Assembly: GCF_036321535.1 (NCBI RefSeq)
Contig: NC_087447.1
Coordinates: 52,888,001-52,952,000, forward strand
Source of the DNA: Camelus dromedarius
Taxonomy: Eukaryota
DNA length: 64,000 nucleotides
Direction of reading: 5' to 3'
A model generated the notes under the pieces. It did not search any database, had not been told where the DNA came from, and saw only the letters and a program-made list of their open reading frames with translations. Positions within the stretch are counted from its first letter, which is position 1. Every line of letters starts with the position of its first letter. A program made the position numbers and the translations under genes. Positions 1 to 10,586 of this stretch are shown here, in pieces.

Positions 1-602
1 TGAACTTTTCCATTCTGTCCTCCTCTGCCTTTATCCTAACGAAGCCTCTGCCAGAGCCAGCGATTCCCCACAGCTTTTGTGTGCTGGAAGCAGGCCGTGG
101 CACCAAATGCCCCTCAGCTAGTCAGTTCAAGGCTGTTTTTAGTTCTGCCAAAAAATGAATGGGGCTGTTGTCTGCTCTTGGGCGGTGGAGCTTTTTTTTT
201 TTTTTTTAATTGTCTCGTCAGCTGGTCTGGAATACAAGCAGCATGAACTGCATCTTTTGGACACCTAGCACAGGGGAAGGTGGGTTTCCCTTCACTCGGA
301 CCGCAGCAGAAGCAAAGATGCCTGAATTTCGGAGGTAGCGGGCTCCCCGGGAGAGCTGCGGGCTTTGTGGCAGACCGGTCCCCAGACACAGGAGCCTGGG
401 CCGTAAACGTGCATCGTGCGGAGGAGGCTGTGTTGCTGTCTGTGTAGTGCCGGTAATGGAGTCTGGAACATTTGAAGAAGAAACACTTGCTCAAGAAGTG
501 GATGGGTGAGATAATACTGGTGTGGTTCCCACGAGAGCAAATGTTTGTTGAAGGGGTGAGAGTGTGTGTAAAATTTTAGCAAAACAAATGACTATTGAGG
601 AG

Positions 603-1030
603 TGTTATGGGTTGAATTGTGTCCTCCCAAAATAAATGCTGCAGTCCTGACCCCCAGCATCTCAGAATGTGACCTTATTTGGAAACAGGGTCTTTACAGC
701 AGTAATCAAGTTCAAGTGAAGTCATTAGGATGGCCCAAAAGACTGGCGTCCTTATAAAAAGAGGAAATTTGGACCCAGAGACACACACAGGGAGAAGGCA
801 TGTGAAAATGAAGGCGGAGCCCAGGTGGTGCGTCCACAACCCAGCGATGGCCAGCAAACCACCGAAGCGAGACTGGAACACATTCTCCCTCACGGCCCTT
901 AGAAGGCACCAACCCCACAGACACCCTGATCTTGCACTTCCAGCCTCCAGGACTGGGAGGCGATACACTTCTGCTGTTGAAGCGCTCAGTCTGTGGTGCT
1001 ATGTTAGGGCGGCCCTGGGAAGCAAGTACA
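603..1030 (+). mobile_element. MaLR solo LTR, MLT1B/C-like
   Basis: Starts TGTTATGGGTTGAATTGTGTCC, ends ...AGCAAGTACA. Has MLT1 hallmarks (CAGAATGTGACCTTATTTGGAAACAGGGTCTTTACAG; CTTCCAGCCTCCAG). Perfect 5-bp TSD AGGAG at 598-602 and 1031-1035. Confidence 0.93.
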
Positions 1031-1254
1031 AGGAGCATGAGTGAAATTATGTGCTGTGCTATGTATGAATCCACGTGAAAACACAGAGGAAACTCCTCAC
1101 ACGGTACTGGCCTAGAGTAGATCCTTAATATTCGTTAAATGAATGAGTGAACAAGGTCACACATAAAGCATGGAGCCCAGAGCTGAGCAGCGGGCAGGTG
1201 CTCAGTGAGCATTTGCTAGTTGGTGGGTAGTCGGAGCCAACGTTTATACACCAT

Positions 1255-1460
1255 TTACGATGAGTCAGGCAGTGCTCAAAGTGATTGTGCATGTATGTTA
1301 CCCTCATTTGATCCTTACAACAACCCGATTATTTATCACATTTAAAAGAAAAGGAAACCTGTACGGAGAGGTTCAATCCCTTCCCTAAGTTTACCCAGCT
1401 AGAAGCAGAGTTAGTTTTTGGATCTGGTTGGTTTAGGATGAGGGTTTCTACTCTTAACCG
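1255..1460 (-). mobile_element. MIR SINE fragment
   Basis: TCATTTGATCCTTACAACAACCC...AGAGGTTCAATCCCTTCCCTAAGTTTACCCAGCTAG resembles the antisense MIR core; ends approximate. Confidence 0.7.
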
Positions 1461-2580
1461 CTGTTTGAAACAATGCATTGCAGAGCCTGGCACACAGTAG
1501 GTGCTCAGCTCCAAACCAGTAAGTAGATGAGGGTACGTGGGCCAAGCAGGGAGCACAGGGTCTCGTCCCTGGTGATCTGAGAGCTGAGACCTGGACCCTC
1601 TTGTCCTTTGTCTCCTAAGTTCCTCTGATTCAGACTGATTCCTCTCATGTGTCAGCACCTTCCCGAGTCCTTCTGGGGAGAGAGGAAGCCGACTTGATGC
1701 TGAAGAGGGGAGTGGAGCAGAGGGGGCGTCAGGCGGCTTGGCTGTCAGAGAGATGGGCACCAGCATCCTGCCTCCTCTCCATAACTCATCCCAAACCAAG
1801 TGCCCGGTGCTGACTGCGCTTCCCACTGCAGGGCCCCGCTGGCTGTTCACATGCTCCTCTTGTGCTGTGCCAAGGACCAGGCCTGGCAGTGATTTACGAT
1901 GTCACAGGCCAGCGTCCTCTGCCCTGACCACGGTTCTTGGCCACAGGTTTAATTATTTAAACAGATTTTACATTTTACGAGCATGCCCTCAAGCCTGGCA
2001 GAGGAAAGCCTTAGGAGAAAAAAAATTTTTTGCTTGAAAGATTACATTGAAATATGCAAGGACAGAGGACAGGAAACGTTCCAAATGCCCACGTGGGAGT
2101 GTTGTGTTCAAGGCCCTTTCAAATTTTCCCCATTTTACCAGATCTCTCTTCAGCAAATGCACATTTCTGCCTCACTGCAGAATCAAGTAGTTCATCATCC
2201 TAGCAAGTCCACAATTTTGCTTCTGCTGGCCAACATTTTTGTAATGCCTATGCACCACACACACATGCGCGCGTGCGTGCGTGCGTTTGCTCATAGGATC
2301 TTCCTGTGCCCCTGTGCTGTGGTAGGGGCTGCATTAGTTAGCAAAACACACACAAATCCCTGCCCTCTGGGAGCATCCATTCTACAGTGGGAGTCTTCCT
2401 TATTCATTCCATGCAAACCATTTTCTCCCTCCCACGAGGGTCCCGCCAAAATGCTACTTCCTCTGGCTTCCCTGCTCTTCTGGGTGAAATCAATCGCTCA
2501 AGAGATGCTCTGTTGTTGTCTATCAGAGCCCATCCTTACTGCGCTGTAACTGCCAGTGGCCTTGATGTTCCCCTCTTTCT

Positions 2581-2940
2581 CAGACTGTGGACTCTTTGAG
2601 GGTAGGGACTGTCAAATTTTGTTTCTATCCCATCACCTGTGACAGTGTCTGGCACAAAGTAGGTGCTCATAATATGGATGGCCATCGGAAGACCCCTTTG
2701 CTTCTTCCTGGTTTAGAGACTCTCCTGTGCGTTCTCTCTACTCTGACATTTTCTGGTTTGTTTTATTGTTCATTCATTCATTCATTCATTCACCCACCCC
2801 AATCATTCACTCAATCATTCAGCATATAATTATTGGGCACCACTATGTAGGAGAGCCTATTCTAAGTGCTCAGGATACGCTGATAAAGACAGAAATGGCC
2901 TCTACCCTTGGTGTGCCCACATTTTGGTCATGGAGACAGA
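2581..2940. mobile_element. Two opposed L2 3' ends (plus about 2581-2675, minus about 2770-2940)
   Basis: CAGACTGTGGACTCTTTGAGGGTAGGGAC...CAGTGTCTGGCACAAAGTAGGTGCTCA is an L2 terminus. A (TTCA)n tail is followed by TATTGGGCACCACTATGT, an antisense L2 terminus. Confidence 0.7.
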
Positions 2941-3484
2941 GAGCAGGCTGCTGTTCTCGGGCTCTTTGGATGCTGGCTTCTCAGATGGCTGTAGAGGGCC
3001 GTCAGCCCTCTGGGCCATGGCACATGCAGGATGGGGCAGGGAGGATCCACACTAAAACTCAGATCAAAAGGTGTCTGTGTCTTCCCACCTGGCTCAGAGG
3101 ATGAGGCTGGAGAAAATGGATCTCACCAATCTCCCTCTTCCAAGCTCTCCACCTCTGTGTAAACTGGGGACACCAAAGTCCAAGGCTATTAAAATAATAA
3201 TGCAAATAATCCATATTTTTCATCTTAAAAGCACTTCTGGAGTGTTCAATTAATCTTTCCAATCTCTGTGTGTGTAGCTAAGTATAAGTTTTTGCTTATA
3301 GATGAAGAAAGTGAAACACAAGGCGATTAAACTATTGGCCTGAGGCTACAGAGAAAGCAAGGGTCTGAGCAGAGATTTGACCCATCAGTCCTTATTTATT
3401 TTGAACAACTGCAGGCTCAAAGGCCCATGTCCCTTGGGCAGCTCCTGGGGAGTGAAGTCAGTTTGCCTTGGTGGGCAGGACCAC

Positions 3485-3700
3485 TTGGTGATAAGGAATC
3501 AGAGCTTTGTAGGTGCACAGACCTGGGTCTGGCTCCTATCCCCAGCCCCCACTTACAGTCGGGTGACCTTTGGCAAGTGGTTCATGACTCTGTGCTCTGG
3601 GCTCCTCATCTATAAAATGGAGGTAATAACTTTGTTGCAGGATTAGGAGGGCGAAAATAAATGAGATTATGTTTGTAGAGTGCTTAGCGTGGTGCAGGGT
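3485..3700 (+). mobile_element. MIR SINE
   Basis: GTGACCTTTGGCAAGT...CTCCTCATCTATAAAATGGAGGTAATAAC...AAATGAGATTATG...AGTGCTTAGC matches the MIR core and tail. Confidence 0.8.
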
Positions 3701-3761
3701 GTTTTTGTCTTAAAGATGTATTGAGATAGAAGCTTTTGAAGTGAGCTGTACAGAGCTACTA

Positions 3762-3872
3762 ATCATCACCATCACCATCATCATCACTGTCATCATCACC
3801 ATCATCATCATCACTGTCATCATCACCATCATCATCACCATCTTCATCACCATCATCACCATCATTATCATC
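3762..3872. repeat. Imperfect (CAT/CAC)n trinucleotide array
   Basis: Direct reading: ATCATCACCATCACCATCATCATCACTGTCATCATCACC... Confidence 0.95.
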
Positions 3873-4234
3873 CAATACCATTTGGGCACTTGGTATGTTC
3901 CAGACATAAAGTTGTCTTAGCATAATTCCATTAAATGCTTGGTGTCTTTTTATTATCAATTGGTTGCCACACCTAAGTCATGTCATCCATCTGATTTCTT
4001 TCCCCATGAATGAGTGCCAAGCCCCTGGGCTGCACACTGTGGGAGATACAGAATTGCCTTGAATGTGGACCCTACCCCTGCCATTCATCCGTGCCTTTCC
4101 AACCCAGTTAGAGTCATGAATGCTCTGAGTTTACACTGTTTTAGCCAGATTGTTCAGAAACCTTAGCCTCACATGCAGGGGGCACTGCCATTAGTCTTCT
4201 ATAAATAGTTAACATTCTAGATGCGCCATCTAAA

Positions 4235-4430
4235 TGGACGGCACCAGGCATGGAACATACATTCTTTTTAATCCTCATGTGTTTAATCCTCACAACAATC
4301 CTATGAGGCATGAACAATTCTCACTCCAGTTTTGTAGATGAGGAAACTGAGGCACAAAGATGGAAGTACTTTTTGCAAGGCCCCATAGCCAACTACACAG
4401 TTGGCCAGTTCTGAGTCTGGATGGCTGAGA
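4235..4430 (-). mobile_element. MIR SINE
   Basis: TTTAATCCTCACAACAATCCTATGAGG...TTTTGTAGATGAGGAAACTGAGGCAC is the antisense MIR core. Confidence 0.85.
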
Positions 4431-4688
4431 GGAGATTTCTGTCTGAAGAGAGAGTAGAGAGCATTAATTAAAGCCAGAATCATAATCCAGTTTCTATTAA
4501 CTTGTTGTGTGAATTTCAGGCTGTCACCAAGTTTCTGTGCAACTTTGACCACCAGGTATTTAGAGGATTTATTGGCCAAGACTGTGCTGGGCTCTGAGGA
4601 TGTTACAGAAGCAATAGAGGATTCCTTTTTTTCCTCCAAGATATATTAGGACAGAAACGTTTGAATTAGACCTGGTGCTGGAAGCTGC

Positions 4689-4750
4689 TCATCATAACCA
4701 TCACCATCATCATCACCATCATCATCACCACCATCATCATCATCATCACC
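4689..4750. repeat. Imperfect (CAT/CAC)n trinucleotide array
   Basis: Direct reading: TCATCATAACCATCACCATCATCATCACC... Confidence 0.95.
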
Positions 4751-4754
4751 TTGC

Positions 4755-4960
4755 AACATCTTTGGGGCACTTTCTGTATTCCAGATATAAAGGTGCTTGA
4801 TACAGACTATCCTGTTTAAGCCTACCACATCCCTATGAAATGGATGATTTTCCCCACTTTAGAGATTAGAAAACTGAGGCACACTAGATAGCTCACAGAG
4901 GGTAAGAAACTTGGTTAAGGTCACAGAAGCCAGTAAATATGAGGGCTGGGTTTTCACTCC
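4755..4960 (-). mobile_element. MIR SINE
   Basis: CCCCACTTTAGAGATTAGAAAACTGAGGCAC...AACTTGGTTAAGGTCACAG. Confidence 0.75.
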
Positions 4961-5509
4961 TGCAGGGTTGGGTACGTAGGAGGGACTGCTGCCACTCCAG
5001 CTAGGGTCCTGCGAGAGAAGCCTGCTGTCTTATTTCCTCCCTCACTGCTCTAGTCAGCTTTCTCCTCCAGCGAGAATGAGAATTAATAGCTCTAAAGTTG
5101 GAAAAGTCACTCTTTGGCTTACATGCTTTGGCAGGGCTGCCCTGGGAGGACACTTAACCTTTGTCTGCACCTCCGTTTCCCCATCACTAACATGTGCCTG
5201 CCCCCGGGGGTGTGTCTGTATTATTAATGATGGTAAAGCGATCTGAGCACACGGCACTGAGAGTCATGAGACAGGCAAAGTGCAATTCATCTTGAGAACC
5301 ACTTGACAGGGTCACAAGGAGCTGAAGGACATGCGGCCCCTGCTTTGTGCAGGACCTTGGCATAAACGCGTTCACATCACTGTCACATTTGATCCTCTCA
5401 AAAACCCTGCAAGACAGGCTACGTGGGAGATGGGTAACAGAATATCAGGGCTTCAGAGATCGATAGAACTGTGGGAGGGAAAAGAGAGAGTTGGGGCCAA
5501 GGAGAAACA

Positions 5510-5845
5510 GGGGGGCAGAACTGCTGGTGCTGGCTGCTATCGGCTATACAAATTTCCCAGCCTTCCTTGCTATTCCTTGTGTCATGTGACTCAATCCCAC
5601 CCATGGAGTGTGGGTGGATGGGGTGTGTGCCCCTGCCAGGCAGGACTCCCACACACCTCCCCTTGTGAGCTTGCTCTCTTACTGCTAGAAGACTCAGAGC
5701 AGGTGGAGCCACAAGATGGAAAGAGTCTGGGTCCCTTAGTGACTGCTGAGTCCTTGCAGACTGAGAACCACCTGTGATGTGGGAAACCACCTTTTACAAG
5801 TCACTGAGATTTGGGGGTTTACCTACTGCATTCTCTAGCACTATT
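5510..5845 (+). mobile_element. Old MaLR LTR fragment (MLT1H/I/J-like)
   Basis: GGTGGAGCCACAAGATGGAAAGAGTCTGGGTCCCT...AAGTCACTGAGATTTGGGGGTTT resembles the 3' half of MLT1H-J. Confidence 0.6.
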
Positions 5846-6913
5846 TGTCTTATAATAATAATAAATAATGTGATTTTTATAGTGCTTATAGCTTTCCAAA
5901 AACTTTCATGTGTGTTATAATTGGAGGATCCTTGGGAGACATGTGTGGCTTCAGTATCACAAATAGTTGTGTGTTTATGCAGAAAATTCTTTGTCTTCAA
6001 ACTTAAGACTATCTTGTGGGTGAAACATCTTTTTCTCTGATACCCTGGATGCTAAAAATTGTGGCCCTGGGATCAGAACTGCATGGCCCTGTTCTTCGGA
6101 TACCAACCTCACTCCTGGCATCATCTTTCTTCCTAAGTAATTCGCTTTCTCCAAACCTCAGTTTTCCCATCTGTAAAATGGGGATAGACAGGTGGTCAAC
6201 TTGATCAGGCTGTGAGGTAGATTCCATCTTCCTCCATAGCTCACACCCAACTCAGCTGCTGAGTCCCAGAATGCAGGGTGTGGAAGGAGGCTTAGAGATG
6301 ACCCCTTAGACCTTCTGTTTGGTGCTTCTCAAACTGCAAGGGATTGTCAGTGGGGCACCAGGAGGTGAAAAAGGCACAGGACAAATAGGGCACCCTTTTG
6401 CTAGAAATGTACAGAAATAAAACTTTTGAATTGTGATGTGGGACACGCATCTGCAACCTCGGGAAATGTTTTCTTTCTGTTCCCGAGTCTCAAGGGTCTC
6501 CCCACCCCACAGAAACCTCAAAGTAGAACCGTTTTCACATGTGCTTATGAAAGGACAGTTTGACACTTGGCTGTGGTCAAAGCGTTATCAGGTACAGCTC
6601 TGGCCCCAGCATCCCTGGCCCTCAAACTGTCCGCATTGCCCTGTAGGACTAAGGCTTTGGATTTAACACACTCCCTGAGAGCAGCAGCATCTTTGACCCT
6701 TGCACATCACTCCCTAATCTGCATGAATTGCTCCACTTCAGGAATTTCTCCCTGAGTTTTGTGTGGGAAAACCATGTCTTAACCCAAGGAACTGTCATAT
6801 GGTCTCCCGTTAAGGTAAGAAGCTGGTGTAAACTATCAGATTTTGCCTGGGAAGCCTGGAAGGCCTGGTGCCTGTTTGTTTCCTCCCATTTCACTTAAAC
6901 AAGTTGTTTTTGA

Positions 6914-7040
6914 GGGGAGGGTATAGTTCAGGGTTAGAGTGCTTGCTTTGCAAGCAGGAGGTCCTGGGTTCAATCCCCAGTACCTCCATTTAAACAAACA
7001 AACCTAATTACCTCCCCCACAAAAAAATTACTAAAAAACA
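6914..7040 (+). mobile_element. tRNA-derived SINE, camelid Vic-1-like
   Basis: GGGGAGGGTATAGTTCAGGGTTAGAGTGCTTG... with a Pol III A-box-like segment, B-box GGTTCAATCCC (6967-6977), tail CCTCCATTTAAACAAACAAACCTAATTACCTCCCCC and an A-rich end. Confidence 0.85.
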
Positions 7041-8091
7041 CATTTTTTTTCCTCTCCTCCCCTGTCCCTTTTCTTATTTTTCTTAAGTTTATTATGTGCC
7101 CTTTTGCGGCAACTTTCCTCAAATCCTTTCTAGGATAATGCAGCAGATTAATCAATTCAAGAAATTACATGTTGCCCACAGGGCCAGCCTTGTTAAAATT
7201 CTAAGTGGGCCAAATTTTTTTGTTTGTTTGCTTTTTGCTTCATGCCACTCCCTCTCCCTTCCCCGACCCTCTGTAACTGCTGGTCATGGCACAGCCATCG
7301 TTCCTCATCCCTCCATTCTCCTCCCACCTTCTCCCCGACCTCCCCATTCTTTCTCACCTTGATAAACAATCCTGGCAAAGCCACAAAAGGAAATGAACTA
7401 GGAGCTTTGATAAAGCCGAAAGACACGCAAAGCTCCTCTTTAATGGCAGTCTCAACCATGGATAAGCTAGAGGTGGTGCAGAGCAATTAGGCTGCAAATG
7501 GGGACTCCCCATGAGGGGACTTGCAGAGGAGGAGTATCTGTGGGGGGCAAGGGAGACCTGATGTGGACACAGATGAGTTAATGCAGGCAGGAGGGTGGTC
7601 AGGTGTGTTCACAGGGCTGAGGCTGGCTGAGGAGCTGGCACTATTTTTAAGTGGGTTGAGAAAAATAGGCTTTTTTTTTTTTTTCCGTATGTTAGATTTT
7701 TGTTTTTAATTGTAATACTGGAAAGTTGTGCTGAAAACAAGGCCACTGGAAACACAGCCCAGGGAATCAGACCTCCACTATCAAACATAAAAAAATTACT
7801 TTGGACTTAAAAAATCCACTTGTGAGTTTTAGATGCTTTTAACATATATATTTGAAAGCTCTTGTGCCTTTTTACTTTTTACTTCTACTTTTTGGATGAA
7901 ATGTCTTCTTCCTTTCTCCTGACTATGATGTCTCAAGTGGGGCTTTTGTTTTGTTTTGTTTTTGGTTTTATTTTTAGTTTTTATTTTTTTTGGATAACCG
8001 TATCATAATTCATTTCAACGCAGTTCATTGTCAGGTCATCTTTTCCTCAGTTAGAGACCACGTGTGGAAAACCAGGGGCCTGCTATCCCTG

Positions 8092-8767
8092 TGAGACAGG
8101 AGGGAAGAGGGCAGGGCACAACCATCAGAAGAATGACACAGCAATTGAGGACAGAACAAACACTAGCCAGAACCAAGACGGCGGGAGAGTCAACTCCCAC
8201 AGACCTTGAGGTTCAGCATAGGCTCCCTGTAATATATTAACATGCTAAATGACACACCCACAGGCGCCATGACAGTTCCGAGGATGGCCATAAAAGGCCA
8301 AAAAATGGGCAGTGGCCCAATTCCTGGGAATCCCTGCCCCTTCCCCAAAGTAGCTGGAATAATCCTCCCACTTGTGAGCATATGACGTTATCAAGCCCAT
8401 AAAAACTCACCACCCCCTCACCTCGTGGCCGATCTCACTCTCCCAGATGATCCCATCCACGCTCTGAGGTCACTGCCTCTCGCCTCGCCTCTCGCCTCTC
8501 ACGATGGCCCCCACTCTGCCTATGGAATGTGCATCTACTTTTACTTTAAACACTCCCTGAAGACTCGTAGCCTGTCTGGCCTTCTGACATGGCCTGCACG
8601 CTGTCTATGGAGTGTGCATCTCTCTGAATCAGCCCACTTTTACTCAACTATGGCTTGCTCCTGATTCTTATGAAAAGCCAAGGACCCTCACTTGGCGGGG
8701 GGCATCTCAGGGACCTGCCCGAGACCTGGGACATGACCATCCTCTCGTGTCCTATTTTCCTGTATCA
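8092..8767 (+). mobile_element. ERV1-class solo LTR, MER41-like
   Basis: TG...CA termini (TGAGACAGGAGGGAAG / TTTTCCTGTATCA) and 4-bp TSD CCTG/CTTG (8088-8091, 8768-8771). CATGCTAAATGACACACCCACAGGCGCCATGACAGTT (8241-8277) resembles the MER41 U3 core as I recall it. Confidence 0.85.
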
Positions 8768-8889
8768 CTTGTTACACAGGCAATTCTGCCTAGTCCTTTT
8801 GAATCCATCAGTTTGCAAGAAATGATTCTTGCCTATCTGGGTTCTGGAGACAATAAAATGGGGCACAGATCCCCCTCCACTCAGTGCAT

Positions 8890-9420
8890 GTGGATTGAGG
8901 CTCTTACGACGTGCTGGAGCAAGTTCACTAGCATCCTTTCAGCTCAACTCCTTAGGTTCAGAGACGGCAAACCTGGAGTCCAGAGAGGTAATGTGACTAC
9001 CCCTAAGGTCACAGAGCCTGTAAAAGGCACAGCCAGCACTGGAAATCAGGCCTCCAGATTTCTCGGTTACAGAAAGCCTGGGGAGTTTGAGCCTAAGAGT
9101 AGGCAATGAGAAATATTTACCGAGCATTTACTACGTGTCGGGCGCTCTGTTGAGCGTTTTACTGCTCTGATGACCACTACTGCCAGTGTCAGCTCTGACT
9201 TGTCACATGCCTGCTACTTGCTAGACTCTAGGCTAAGTACTCACACGCATTTGGTCTAACGCTTACGTAACCCACGGGGCCAGTATTCTTCTCATTTTTA
9301 CAGATGGGCAATCAGCCTAGAACAGCTAACTAAATTACCCAAGGACACACAGCTGGGAAATGTGGGAGATGAGATGTGAACAAACCCAGGGCTGTCTGAC
9401 TCTAGGCCCATGTTCTCTGA
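8890..9420 (-). mobile_element. Cluster of MIR fragments
   Basis: CAGAGAGGTAATGTGACTACCCCTAAGGTCACAGAG and CATTTTTACAGATGGGCAA...TTACCCAAGGACACACAGCT. Confidence 0.7.
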
Positions 9421-10413
9421 ATCTCTATCCTTTCCCTGGGTCAGAAGTTCTCATTCAGCAAATCCAGCCGTGGCAAAGTCCTACGGTAGGTACTTGCGAT
9501 CTGGTGTGTGGGTGAAAGATGTCCTTTCGCGAGAGGTTTTCTCTTTCTCCCCTCCCCGTGCCTCCTGCCCTCTGATGGAGGCGCACACACTTTGGGAGAA
9601 CACGCACGGCAGGATGGAGTGAGCGTGTAAATGTCAGATCAATCCCTGCTACAATTCCGCCTGCTGGGGTATCAGGTCAGTGCCCTAGCTTCTCTGAGCC
9701 TCACGTTCCTCCACTTTTAAAGTGGACGTAATAACGTCTATGCCTGTAGGTCATGCATTTATCTGACTCCTAGGTGCTGAGGAGGTGATCATTCTGCTGT
9801 AGCACTCCTCATTACTCCTGGATGGCCTTGCTGTTAGAGACACTGCTGTGAGAGCTCAAAGTCCCTCTAAGCTCCCTCGAAACCTGAGCTCCTATCCCTT
9901 CCCCTCCACTGTGTGACCTTCAGCCTGGAAGTTCTGGGAGGGCAGGGCTGAGTGAGCATCTGTGGGGGTCATTTGGCTCAGGAATCATTGCCAGTGATGG
10001 GAATCACTGGGCTCATCAGACTCATCTCTCAATATGCGATTCCCACCCTCATTTCAGGGTGATGACAAAGATCCTCACTGGTTCCACATGTATGATGGAG
10101 GAGAAGAAGACAGATATCTCCAAATCACGGCTTGGGAGGAGGAGGATTTCCCAGAGGTGGAGGCCAATCGCTCCCTGGAGACACAGAGGCAGGGCAGTGA
10201 GCAAGAACCGCGCGTTGCAGGGGTGGACGCTTTTCTGGGCAGGTGTATGTGTGCAGGTGTGCGCATGCTTGCTTGATGTTGGTTTGAGCTCTTCCATCTC
10301 TCTGAGCACTAAGTCTCCCAGAAGCTACCAGCTTGGTCTGTTTTATCCTGCTCAGGTGCAGACAAACACAAGTGTGGTTGATCTCGTTACTAGGAAAGTA
10401 GTGAGATCTATTC

Positions 10414-10586
10414 TAGGGGTTCTCAAACCTGGCTGTCACCAGAACCTAGGAGTTTACAAAAGACCCCGCCGTGTCCCAGGTGCCCACCTCTAGAGATCTT
10501 GATAGGAAGGCCCTGGTGGGAATCAGGCATGTGCTTTTAAAGGGTTTCCCTGTACCCCTGCTGGGTAGCCAGACTAAGAGCCATTG
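10414..10586. mobile_element. hAT-Charlie relic, MER5B-like
   Basis: Degenerate TIRs TAGGGGTTCTCAAAC ... TAAGAGCCATTG, about 170 bp apart. Confidence 0.6.

Noticed and set aside
1983..2549. Longest ORF (188 aa, plus strand)
   Set aside because: No recognisable domain, it runs through a CA/CG/TGCG microsatellite and part of an old repeat-like segment, and I saw no supporting gene structure; consistent with chance.
3710..4828. Poly-Met/Val and poly-Asp/Gly ORFs
   Set aside because: They are translations of the (CAT/CAC)n arrays.
6914..6990. tRNA gene
   Set aside because: It has A/B boxes but degenerate stems, and continues into a SINE tail and A-rich end, so it is a tRNA-derived SINE.
10034..10276. 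Acidic 80-aa ORF with an internal TTTCAG acceptor-like site
   Set aside because: No recognisable homology, weak donor, and the purine-rich sequence resembles a decayed antisense L2.
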